Origin: Turneriellaceae bacterium
GTDB lineage: Bacteria > Spirochaetota > Leptospiria > Turneriellales > JAOUFE01
DNA length: 64,000 nucleotides
Direction: 5' to 3'
NCBI GenBank assembly: GCA_050304475.1
Contig: JBNLDQ010000031.1
Location: 129,580 to 193,579, forward strand
Part shown: in pieces, positions 1 to 8,209 of the stretch
How positions within the stretch are numbered: position 1 is the stretch's first letter
Layout: every line of letters starts with the position of its first letter
Translations under genes and position numbers: made by a program
The notes under the pieces: model-generated
Told to the model about the DNA's origin: nothing
The model's input: the letters and a program-made list of their open reading frames with translations, nothing else
Databases searched by the model: none

Positions 1-695
1 AAATCGATCCGTACAGGGTCGTCGTGCGATGGCGCAAACAAATCAACCACATTGCCCTTAATACTGAACTGCCCGTAGTTGTTCACAATATCGACGCGTT
101 CATACTCATGTTGTTCCAGGTAGCGAGAAAGATCCGAAAAAGAGAACTCTTGCCCGGTTTGAATTTCCAGGGCCAGGTTAGCCTGGTATGAAGGTTTCGG
201 AATGCGCAAACTTAACGCTTCAATGGAAGTGGCAAGCAAACGCGGCGCGTCGTCCCGGATCAAAGAACTAAGCGCTCTGGCCCGGTAGCCCTCTTTTTCT
301 CTGGCCGGCCGCGAAAAAGTAAAGGGGAGTATCCCCCACGAAGGGAGGTAAAGCGGCTCCAGGGTTTGCAACCGGTTTGCCTTTGTTAAAGAGCCGGTTT
401 GGTTTACGAAGGGGTGCGATTCCGGGTGATCGGCAATCTCTTTGAGAATATACCGCGCCTCTTCATAAAAGCGAAAGGCTTCGGCGTCGCTATGAAAAAC
501 AGCCATGAGGGGTCTGTTTTGCCCGATAGATTTAAGAAACATGGCCGCCACCAAGGGCGAGGCGACCCCGCGGTGAACGCCGGCAATATGCGGGAACTCG
601 CCTGATAAAATATTTTCAAGCCTTTGGTCGCTGCAAAAAGAAGCAAACCAGTGAGGTGCGTTTTTTTTCGGCGGCGCTTGTTTTAATTTAGACAT
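1..695 (-). CDS. mfd: Transcription-repair coupling factor Mfd, N-terminal part; the gene runs off the left edge
   Basis: Absent from the ORF track because no stop lies in the window. Manual minus-strand translation from ATG 695-693 stays open to position 1: MSKLKQAPPKKNAPHWFASF...LEQHEYERVDIVNNYGQFSIKGNVVDLFAPSHDDPVRIDF. The YERVD..G.F..+G..+D+F.....P+R+DF block matches the UvrB-homology module of Mfd N-termini. The ATG overlaps the trmL stop by 8 nt. Confidence 0.6.
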   Translation of the reverse strand, partial: MSKLKQAPPKKNAPHWFASFCSDQRLENILSGEFPHIAGVHRGVASPLVAAMFLKSIGQNRPLMAVFHSDAEAFRFYEEARYILKEIADHPESHPFVNQTGSLTKANRLQTLEPLYLPSWGILPFTFSRPAREKEGYRARALSSLIRDDAPRLLATSIEALSLRIPKPSYQANLALEIQTGQEFSFSDLSRYLEQHEYERVDIVNNYGQFSIKGNVVDLFAPSHDDPVRID

Positions 696-1401
696 GGTTC
701 GTTTTGTTGTTTTGGCCGTTTGGCGAGTCTGCGGTCATCTTTGCGGGTTTTCCGTTTTGTAACGATCGAGAGCGGTAGTATCCGCGCCGGTATTTTTCGG
801 GCGTTTGGTAACTTTGCCCGGCGCCCGGTTTTGCTTCGCCGTTTGCCACCATTTGTTCGAGGTAACGATAGACGGTGATGGCCACGGCATTGGAAAGGTT
901 GAGCGAGCGCACCGGACCCCACATTGGAATGCCGACTCTGGCGTCTGCTAACGCCAGCAGGCGCGGCGGCAAGCCGCGGGTCTCGCTGCCAAAGATAAGA
1001 CGATCATTGAGACAAAAATCGAAATCCCAGAGATTGTTTTCGCCTTCTTTGGTAATCGCCACCAACCTTGGGCGGGTATCCGTTGGCGTTTTTTTATTTT
1101 GATTTGTATTATTTGCGAGGTCATCGGCTGCGGCGCCATCGGCAGAGGCGCTATCATTGCTTTTAGCGTTTGTTCCGCGCTCCAGCACTTTTGCCAGGTA
1201 GTAATCTTTAAAGCGCGGGTAGTAGCTAAAATCCAGGTATTCCCAGTGGTCAAGACCTGCCCGCCGTAACGAAGCGTCATCCCACCGCAGGGGGGTTTTG
1301 CCCACAATCGAGAGGCTTGCTTCAATGGCCACGCAGAGGCGGGCAATGTTCCCTGTATTCGGCGGAATTTCAGGACGATATAAAACAATGGATGGTTTCA
1401 T
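688..1401 (-). CDS. trmL: tRNA (cytidine/uridine-2'-O)-methyltransferase TrmL (SPOUT family), with an insert and a C-terminal tail
   Basis: ATG at 1401 gives [23 protein letters not shown], colinear with E. coli TrmL ([22 protein letters not shown]). The SPOUT motifs FGSETRGLP and [10 protein letters not shown] are present. The track ORF starts 12 nt earlier at a TTG. Confidence 0.8.
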   Translation of the reverse strand: [237 protein letters not shown]

Positions 1402-1602
1402 TTTTTTTAGCAAGATAACCCAAGATTGTTTGCGGTTGTACGTACCCTTTTCAGATTCTTTGCCGAAGCGTATCGATAAACTTTCTGAAAAAGACAGGGT
1501 GTCGACTACAATATGCTCGCAAGTTGGCCGCTCATCAAGACAATTTAATCTTTTGTTACGGTAAAGTATGAGACAAGAATGGGCCGATCTTAAGATAGAG
1601 AT

Positions 1603-1920
1603 ATGTACTACCGCCGCAAATTCATACTAAGGGTTTCTTTGGCAATCGCCGTCATTTTGCTCTTGTTGTTTGTCAAAACCGACGCGAGCCGGCAAAACAT
1701 ATCTCTTACGCTTTCCTTTCATAACAAGATCCCCGGTATGGCGGCTTCGTACCGGCAATGGAAACAGAAAAACGCCAGGCAGAACCGGTCCGCTTCCGGT
1801 AAGCCTCTCACAATCAAACAACGTTTGGTTCGCGACGCGCAAAATATCAGGCTCCATTCGGCAAAAAGCTATCGCAGTAAAAAAGCCTCTGTTGAAAAGA
1901 AACTGGCGCATTTGTTTTAG
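1603..1920 (+). CDS. Hypothetical small basic membrane-anchored protein (weak call)
   Basis: This is the only ORF with a plausible N-terminal TM segment (FILRVSLAIAVILLLLFV) in a roughly 700-bp gap. I recognise no family, and a competing antisense ORF lies at 1627-1923. Confidence 0.3.
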   Translation: MYYRRKFILRVSLAIAVILLLLFVKTDASRQNISLTLSFHNKIPGMAASYRQWKQKNARQNRSASGKPLTIKQRLVRDAQNIRLHSAKSYRSKKASVEKKLAHLF

Positions 1921-2105
1921 CATGATTTGCCGGGTTTTCTAAATCCGCACAATTGCCAAAAACAAGCGCATTCGCACAAAATAAAAATCTTTTAAAACGG
2001 GGGTTGAAATGCCGATATATATGATACCCTTACGGTTTTGCCGCATTGCTGTCGCATTATGCCGTATAAAAAGAAACAACCTGAGAATCAACTTACATAA
2101 AAGTT

Positions 2106-3395
2106 ATGCGTAGCCTAATCGCCAAATTGACGCCATCAAAGAAAACCAGAATGAGCGAAACCAATTCAAAGCGCATTTTGGCGCATAACGTCTTTCAAAA
2201 AAGCGTTTCGCTGCTGGCGGGAGCCGCCCTGCTTTTTGTTGTGTTTGTTTCTTTGGGCTTTTTTGGAGCATCACCGGTACAAACGGCGCAAAGCTATGAA
2301 AAAATTATTGTTGGCGAAATTGAACGCATTGATCCGGTCAATGGTTCTATCTTAATTGCCATTTTTGATCAAAATGAATACCGGCGTTACCCGCAAGATT
2401 CCGTTTTTATTTTACTCAATGAGAATGGCGACGTTCTCGATCGTCTGACACCCGAAAAGGGATTTACCCTGTTTGTAAAAGAGGGCATGCTGTACCTCAA
2501 GGGTCCCGCCCCCCGTTTGGGCTATGCGCTCCATGCCGGGCAACAGGTCGGCCTGGAAACCCCCCGGGTAGTGCGCAGCGAACTGCCAGATCAAATGATG
2601 GGCCGCGAATTGCGCTCTCCCTATTACCAGGGGAAATTCAACACAAACCGGATGATTTTAGTCGACTCCGGCCCTTTTGTCTTCGGTTCGGACATTGCCG
2701 GGACAAACCACTACACTACCCCTGTAGAAACGTTCCGAACGCGAACCCAGTCGGAAATGGGAAAAAAACGGGTCCGGTATATTGAACAAAAGTCTTTTTA
2801 TATTGACATCTATGAAGTGACCATGGGGCAATTTCAGGAATACTTGCTGGAATCCGGAACCCAACCCCCGCCAGGCTGGAACCCTTCGCAACCCGATTTG
2901 CCTGTTTCCAATGCCAGCTATGCCCAGGCCGATTCTTATTGCCAGTGGGCCGGCAAACGATTGCCTACGGAACTGGAATGGGAAAAAGCGGCCCGCGGTT
3001 CGGGGCTTGAAGTCTCGTATACGACCAACGAGCAAAAGGTATATATAGAACGCTTATCCATCTACCCGGTCGGGTTAGAATTCGATGAAAGCAAGTGCGT
3101 CACTCTCGACACATCTGCCGGTCTTCAACCGGTATACGCCCTGCAAGACCGCAGCCCGTACGGAATTTACGGCGCTTGCGGCAACGCACCGGAGTGGACT
3201 TCCAGCTGGTTTTTACCCTACCGCGGCAACACCTTGAAAAACCCGGAATACGGTCGAAAATACAAAGTAATCCGCGGCGGGGGTTACAATTTGCCTTCGC
3301 GTTGGGCAAAATCGTATGAACGCATGACCGGCGGTATCCCGTCTCTTTTAAACGACTACCGGGCCGGCTTTCGATGCGCCATGGACGTTAATTAA
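2106..3395 (+). CDS. Membrane-anchored FGE-sulfatase (SUMF1-type) domain protein
   Basis: 429 aa with an N-terminal TM anchor (VSLLAGAALLFVVFVSLGFFG). The C-terminal domain carries YEVTMGQFQEYL, YCQWAGKRLPTELEWEKAARG, GNAPEWT, IRGGGY and AGFRCA, the signature blocks of the FGE-sulfatase fold. Confidence 0.8.
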   Translation: MRSLIAKLTPSKKTRMSETNSKRILAHNVFQKSVSLLAGAALLFVVFVSLGFFGASPVQTAQSYEKIIVGEIERIDPVNGSILIAIFDQNEYRRYPQDSVFILLNENGDVLDRLTPEKGFTLFVKEGMLYLKGPAPRLGYALHAGQQVGLETPRVVRSELPDQMMGRELRSPYYQGKFNTNRMILVDSGPFVFGSDIAGTNHYTTPVETFRTRTQSEMGKKRVRYIEQKSFYIDIYEVTMGQFQEYLLESGTQPPPGWNPSQPDLPVSNASYAQADSYCQWAGKRLPTELEWEKAARGSGLEVSYTTNEQKVYIERLSIYPVGLEFDESKCVTLDTSAGLQPVYALQDRSPYGIYGACGNAPEWTSSWFLPYRGNTLKNPEYGRKYKVIRGGGYNLPSRWAKSYERMTGGIPSLLNDYRAGFRCAMDVN

Positions 3396-3417
3396 AGACG
3401 TTAATTCAAACCGGCTT

Positions 3418-5055
3418 TTATTTTCCCAGGTCAATTGATTTTCGCAGCACAACTTCCAGGTTCGCCACTTTCCCGTCTTCGATAACCACTTCGGTATTGT
3501 ACGGTTTGGTAAAGTAACCCATCCCCCCAATGATGCGTATGGTGTATTTTCCCGGCAATAGTTCGCGAAAAACAAACGCGCCGTTGGCGTCGGTTGTCGA
3601 TACCGTCTGTTCCGGGATACGAACCGGGTCGAGAAATACTTTTAAACCGCCAAAGGGTGTCGTAAAGTTTTCAACCCAGACGCTGCCGACAACGCTGCCC
3701 CGCCCTTCTCTGGCGGCCAGAATTGTCTCTTCGACCGTCTTGGCGGATTCAATCCCCGTTCTCAGTTCGATCGGGGCATAGCCTTTCGCCTTGATATCAA
3801 ATTGGTGAACGCCGGCTTCGATATCGTTCAAAGCCAGGGTTGCGGTTTCGCCCCAGAGAGGATCTTTGCGCCAGGTAATTTTTACCGGTACGGATTGGCC
3901 ATCCATGGTAATTTGAATATCGTCGCCTGAGTTTTTTTTGGCAAACGTTGTGATCACGGTCAGGTTGCCATTTTGCTTTTTTTCAGGGGCGATGATTTGC
4001 TTTGGCGGATTCTTACCGGTAGCCCCGTTTGCCGAGGCGTTGGTGGCAAGGGCATTTGCGGCGGTTGCCGTGCCGGCAGGGGGAGTCACCGGTGTTTTAT
4101 CCGCCTGGACCGCCGCTTTTGGCGTTTGGATAAAATAGTAATTTCTTGCATCGCCCGAGATTTGCGGCGTTTGCTTATGTTTTACGCGCGCGGCCATGGC
4201 AATGGTATCTTTTTGCGCCCTGAAAAAGGCCTCATACGCCGTGATATTGCCGTCGCCGTTCATATCGGCTTCGGTCATGGCTTTGGCAAAATGGTACGTA
4301 AAAACACCGTGTGAAATTGGCGGCCCCACTTCAATTGCGGTTTCATCTTCGTCGGCAGAGCCTATGACCACTTTGTTTTTAAAGTAGATATCGCCAATAT
4401 CCTGCAGAACCACGGAATCGGCCCCCTCGGGGATCGGGATGTTTTCGGCGCCGCGCACATTTTCGCCTTTTTTAGCGAGACCGCCCGAAAAGCAGGCGTC
4501 AATCACCACCAAAGCGTTTTTCGTTTTAATTTTTTCAAGCCATTCCGAAAGTTCATCGTCGCCGACATGGGGCCGCTGGTACATCACAATGTAATGGCGC
4601 ATTCCGTTTTTGGCTTTTGCATCGCGAAAGAAAGCGCCGTGGCCGGCAAAAAAGATAAAAACCTGGTCCCCGCTTTTTGCCAGTGAAGCCAGTTTTTCAA
4701 TTTCGCTTTTTACATTATTCCGGGTGACTTGCGAGCCCAGTAACATAATGATATCCTTTTTATCAACCTGCCCGGTTTGGGTTAGTTTTACTTGAATGAG
4801 TTTTGCATCATCCTCGCAAAGTTCCAGGTCGGCTACCGGCGAATCTCCCTGGTAGTTTGAACCGATGACCAAAGCGTAGTTTTTTGCAAAAAGCGTTTGC
4901 CCGGAAAAAGAAGCGACCATTAGCGTAAACAAAGCCACCCCTGTGCGATATGAAATTTTTAAAATGCGATAAGAAAATAATCGTTTTTGGAATAGAAATA
5001 GCCCGGAAAGGTTCCGGCTCAAAGTGAATAAAAAAGTTCTTTTTTTCTCGTTCAT
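3418..5055 (-). CDS. Exported caspase-like (peptidase C14, metacaspase/orthocaspase-type) protein with an EF-hand loop and C-terminal beta-sandwich domains
   Basis: His-Cys dyad contexts are IFFAGHG (His codon 4639-4641) and VVIDACFSGG (Cys codon 4492-4494). A canonical 12-residue EF-hand loop DMNGDGNITAYE lies at 4231-4266. A P/A/T-rich linker follows, then a PEGA-like segment (GVHQFDIKAKGYAPIE) and a carboxypeptidase-regulatory-like segment (TTDANGAFVFRELLPGKYTIRI). The N-terminal hydrophobic segment is GVALFTLMVASFSGQTLFA. The track start at 5112 is a TTG, and I prefer ATG 5055 (MNEKKR...). Confidence 0.75.
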   Translation of the reverse strand: MNEKKRTFLFTLSRNLSGLFLFQKRLFSYRILKISYRTGVALFTLMVASFSGQTLFAKNYALVIGSNYQGDSPVADLELCEDDAKLIQVKLTQTGQVDKKDIIMLLGSQVTRNNVKSEIEKLASLAKSGDQVFIFFAGHGAFFRDAKAKNGMRHYIVMYQRPHVGDDELSEWLEKIKTKNALVVIDACFSGGLAKKGENVRGAENIPIPEGADSVVLQDIGDIYFKNKVVIGSADEDETAIEVGPPISHGVFTYHFAKAMTEADMNGDGNITAYEAFFRAQKDTIAMAARVKHKQTPQISGDARNYYFIQTPKAAVQADKTPVTPPAGTATAANALATNASANGATGKNPPKQIIAPEKKQNGNLTVITTFAKKNSGDDIQITMDGQSVPVKITWRKDPLWGETATLALNDIEAGVHQFDIKAKGYAPIELRTGIESAKTVEETILAAREGRGSVVGSVWVENFTTPFGGLKVFLDPVRIPEQTVSTTDANGAFVFRELLPGKYTIRIIGGMGYFTKPYNTEVVIEDGKVANLEVVLRKSIDLGK

Positions 5056-5126
5056 ATGAATAAATAAAACTAGCCAACATATACTCAAGCAAAAAAAACA
5101 TACTTTCGACAATAAAAACAGAACAC

Positions 5127-6317
5127 ATGCTAAGACAAATAATTCACGACATATGGAAAAACCCCATTAGCCGCTACCCGGCAATCTTTTTCACGGTGGC
5201 GCTTGTTTTTGCGGGAATCGTACGCGGGCGTTTTTTTATTTTGTCCGTCTACCAAAAAGCCACCCTGGGGCAAATCTTCAACAACCCGGTTACCTATGAC
5301 AAGGGCCCGTATGGCTTTCACGAAAATGAAAAACGGGCCATACAGCTCTACCAAAAGGGGATCGAAAAACTGGCGAATCTCAGCATTGATACCTATAGAC
5401 TGGATGACCCCGATGAAATTCTTTCCGAAGCCGGCGCAAAAGAAATCCGGCAGTGGGAATCTTCTCTCACGGACGAAGCCATTCGGCCAATCTATAACCT
5501 CATGCATGACATGGAACTCTTTTGCACGCCCTTCCGCACCGAAAGCAACCTGTATGCGCAGGTGCGCCAGGAAGAACGCCTGGCCCAGCGCACCCCTTTG
5601 ACGCGGCACAAGGCAAAAGATATTATCAAGTACGCCGTTACGGACAAAACCTATGTCAAACTTGCCAATGAAATTTTACTGTTGAATTCCGATTACTTCG
5701 GAGCCGCCCTGGCGAAAAAACCGGACTACTTGCCTGCTTTGTCGATTCAACGCAGAATTTATCTCGCAGTCTGCAAGCCCAACAAGGTAGTGCACAGCCT
5801 GCAAACGGCCATTGACTACCTTGAATACAAAACCGAAAAAGAGCTCTATGAAAAACGGGCTGAACAAGGAATCGTCAATGCGGAAAACCTTTCGGTCGCT
5901 TTGACCGATTCTCTCAAGCACAACGCCCTTTATAAAGAGCTGCTGACCGAACATTTCCGGCGCTCATATTTTGTGACGGAAAACCTGGACTGGAAAGAAA
6001 AACAAGCGTATGATCTTTTTTTACTTAACCCGAAAACCGAATATTTGCAGCTTTATGTCAAGACCCTGCTTGACCGCTCGCAGGTATCGGGTCACGATGA
6101 AAACTTGCTGATTTACCGGCGGGTCAAAGCCGTGATGACACAAGAAATGGAAACCGACCCGCAGTATCTCTACACGCTGGCTGAGACCGCGTACCGGGCC
6201 GGCCTTTATCGGGAATCGCGGCGTCATCTTGAAACGCTCTTTCTACGTCTGGGGAAAAGTTCGCCGGTAAGCCGCGAGGCAAACCGGCTGATGTTTCTAC
6301 TTGATCTAGAAGAGTAA
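5127..6317 (+). CDS. Hypothetical membrane-anchored helical-repeat protein
   Basis: 396 aa with one N-terminal hydrophobic segment (YPAIFFTVALVFAGIV). The rest looks helical with a TPR-like C-terminus (YLYTLAETAYRAGLYRESRRHLETL). I recognise no family. It is transcribed divergently from the caspase-like gene. Confidence 0.6.
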   Translation: MLRQIIHDIWKNPISRYPAIFFTVALVFAGIVRGRFFILSVYQKATLGQIFNNPVTYDKGPYGFHENEKRAIQLYQKGIEKLANLSIDTYRLDDPDEILSEAGAKEIRQWESSLTDEAIRPIYNLMHDMELFCTPFRTESNLYAQVRQEERLAQRTPLTRHKAKDIIKYAVTDKTYVKLANEILLLNSDYFGAALAKKPDYLPALSIQRRIYLAVCKPNKVVHSLQTAIDYLEYKTEKELYEKRAEQGIVNAENLSVALTDSLKHNALYKELLTEHFRRSYFVTENLDWKEKQAYDLFLLNPKTEYLQLYVKTLLDRSQVSGHDENLLIYRRVKAVMTQEMETDPQYLYTLAETAYRAGLYRESRRHLETLFLRLGKSSPVSREANRLMFLLDLEE

Positions 6318-6348
6318 GCGCCTTCTTCAGCGCTGGATGCCTGTCTCT

Positions 6349-7020
6349 CTACTTTTCTTGTTTGGCCGTTTCGCCTTTGATGATAGCGTCAAATTCAGGG
6401 TTCTTTTTAATGGAATACTCTTTCATTAGATCGTCGATTAATTCTTCTTGAACAGCCGCCATCTTTTGCAGCTCCAACTGCTGGCGCATATAGACCAGCC
6501 CCTGATCGATCGGAATGCTGCTCAACTGCTCGTTGTTTTCTTTTTCTGCAGCCCACGCTTGTTCCACTTCTTCGTCCGTCACGGTGATTTTTTTCTTATC
6601 GACTTCTTCTTGCAGGTACATTTGCGCCCGGTAATATTTATTGAAAAAGGCCAACCGCGCTTTCACCAGTTCCTGGTCGTCAAAGTGATGTTTATTTGCT
6701 TCGAGATTTAAAACCAGAACACGCTCATACTGATCGGCGAAATTTTCTGGGGCCAACTGGTGTTTGAGAAAGGCAACCTGGGGGATACTGTCATTTGCCG
6801 AATTTAATGTTTCGCTTAGTTTTTCCGGAGTCATGTTCATCTGCCATGCGATTAATGTGAAAAAAGATTCGTGGTCGAGACGAAACTCTTTTTCGGAAAT
6901 CGTCACGTCGTCAATTTTCCATAGCCATATGGTCGACGCCCCCATGCCGAAAGAAACTCCGGCCAGCGCGACAGCCATGATCGTATTTCGTATGTATTTC
7001 TTTTTTCTGGTCATATTCAT
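6349..7020 (-). CDS. Periplasmic chaperone-like protein (SurA/PpiD N-terminal-domain type, no PPIase domain); function tentative
   Basis: 223 aa with a signal/anchor (IMAVALAGVSFGMGA). The helical body has VTDEEVEQAW and LIDDLMKEYSIK segments reminiscent of SurA_N-type chaperones. Start is ATG at 7020. Confidence 0.5.
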   Translation of the reverse strand: MNMTRKKKYIRNTIMAVALAGVSFGMGASTIWLWKIDDVTISEKEFRLDHESFFTLIAWQMNMTPEKLSETLNSANDSIPQVAFLKHQLAPENFADQYERVLVLNLEANKHHFDDQELVKARLAFFNKYYRAQMYLQEEVDKKKITVTDEEVEQAWAAEKENNEQLSSIPIDQGLVYMRQQLELQKMAAVQEELIDDLMKEYSIKKNPEFDAIIKGETAKQEK

Positions 7021-7267
7021 TGTTAATCCTTTGCTATTTTGCCTGGTTTGTTTTATTTCACGTTGTCTGAAATCATTTATTCATTTGATTCATTTTGTGA
7101 ACCATTGCCCTTTTATCCGCTCGTATTCAAACCGGTTTCGGATAAACTTTTATTTTCCCGTCTGTTTTTGGGTTGGGGCTACCTTCCAGACTTTGCAAAT
7201 CCCCTGCCAGTGTCCATCCAAATTTCAAGGCCAGGCAAGGCTTACGCCATGGGTAATTTATCTAAAT

Positions 7268-7750
7268 TTAACCGATTTCTTTCAAGACCCAACTGTCTTG
7301 TTCCGGATCAAGCAAACCGACAGTTAAACGCTCGCTGCGGCTCAGCGCGCCGGGGTTTAAAATCCTGGTCTGACCGCGCATGTAGTCTTCCGAAAAGTGA
7401 GTATGGCCTTTGATTAAATAATCGAAACCGCCGCGGGCAATGGCGTCGCGAAAAAAAAGCACATCGTCGCCATGCATGAGCAATATTTTCTTGCCGCCAT
7501 ATTCCAGCTCTTGAGACACCCTGGGGTCCGGCTGCTTATGTTCGCTGAAAAACGGACGCAGGTCTTCCAGCACATCGCAGTTTCCCCTGGCTAAATAGAG
7601 CCGGAACCCGTCAAAATAGTCAATGAAACCCGGTTGCCCGAAATCGCCCGCATGGAGCAACACTTCTACGCCGGCGTCGCGAAAAATTTGCAACGCCCAG
7701 GGCAAGCTTTCCCCGTTGCCATGCGTATCAGAAAGGACGCCAATGGTCAT
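7268..7750 (-). CDS. YfcE/MJ0936-type metallophosphoesterase
   Basis: ATG at 7750 gives 160 aa: MTIGVLSDTHGN..LLHAGDF..ARGNCD..LMHGD..KGHTH, the full metallophosphoesterase motif set. The longer track ORF (to 7924) would overlap the upstream gene, whose stop is at 7756. Confidence 0.8.
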   Translation of the reverse strand: MTIGVLSDTHGNGESLPWALQIFRDAGVEVLLHAGDFGQPGFIDYFDGFRLYLARGNCDVLEDLRPFFSEHKQPDPRVSQELEYGGKKILLMHGDDVLFFRDAIARGGFDYLIKGHTHFSEDYMRGQTRILNPGALSRSERLTVGLLDPEQDSWVLKEIG

Positions 7751-7755
7751 TTGTG

Positions 7756-8187
7756 TCAGCGGTTGTGCTGGTCCAGGCGATTTTGCAACGATTGCATAGA
7801 ATGGATGCGCCATACAAAACCGAGAATCAAGGTAACGGTTAACACCACAGCCAGAAAAAGATAAAACAGACGGTCGGCAGCCACGCGGTCCGCTTTTCGG
7901 GCTTCCAGCTCTCCTATCAACCACAAAGTTCGTTGTTCCATGATTGTTTTGCCGTTTTTGTACTCGTTTAATATTTGCTCAAGTTCGGCTTCGGTAAAAT
8001 CGGCCATTCTGCCTTTTGCTTCCTGTGTATCTGCGCTATAAAAATTATGCTTCTTTTTGCTTAGTGCGGTTGCGTCGCTTGAGCCGGCCTGGGCATAAAC
8101 GGTTCCCGAAAGCAGGAAAAGAGCCATAACGGCTTTTGTTACGGCTTTTTTAATAAAGATTTTTGTCGTGTTTTGTTTGAATATCAT
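7756..8187 (-). CDS. Hypothetical bitopic membrane protein sitting in the ccmD position
   Basis: 143 aa with a signal peptide (AVMALFLLSGTVYAQA), a helical middle and a C-terminal TM (LFYLFLAVVLTVTLILGFVW) followed by basic residues. It lies 22 nt downstream of ccmC. I recognise no family with confidence. Confidence 0.55.
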   Translation of the reverse strand: MIFKQNTTKIFIKKAVTKAVMALFLLSGTVYAQAGSSDATALSKKKHNFYSADTQEAKGRMADFTEAELEQILNEYKNGKTIMEQRTLWLIGELEARKADRVAADRLFYLFLAVVLTVTLILGFVWRIHSMQSLQNRLDQHNR

Positions 8188-8209
8188 ACCAATACCTTTG
8201 CGTCTTTTA

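Noticed and set aside
399-646. Track ORFs 399-605 (+) and 404-646 (-) at the left end
   Set aside because: Both are out-of-frame or antisense shadows of the longer open minus-strand frame, which encodes a recognisable Mfd N-terminus. Neither has any family resemblance.
7112-7146. Nested inverted repeat TTTATCCG-N19-CGGATAAA enclosing the palindrome AAACCGGTTT upstream of the SurA-like gene, and a 10-bp palindrome GGAACGTTCC at 9845-9854
   Set aside because: The arms are short, within chance expectation, and match no known consensus.
6764-7413. Plus-strand ORFs of 187 aa and 124 aa
   Set aside because: They are antisense to the SurA-like gene and the phosphoesterase gene and cross an A/T-rich intergenic region. 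Their composition is hydrophobic and low-complexity, typical of T-rich antisense frames.
7751-7924. N-terminal 58-aa extension of the phosphoesterase ORF
   Set aside because: It would overlap the upstream gene by 169 nt. The family N-terminus MTIGVLSDTHG begins at ATG 7750, 5 nt after the upstream stop.
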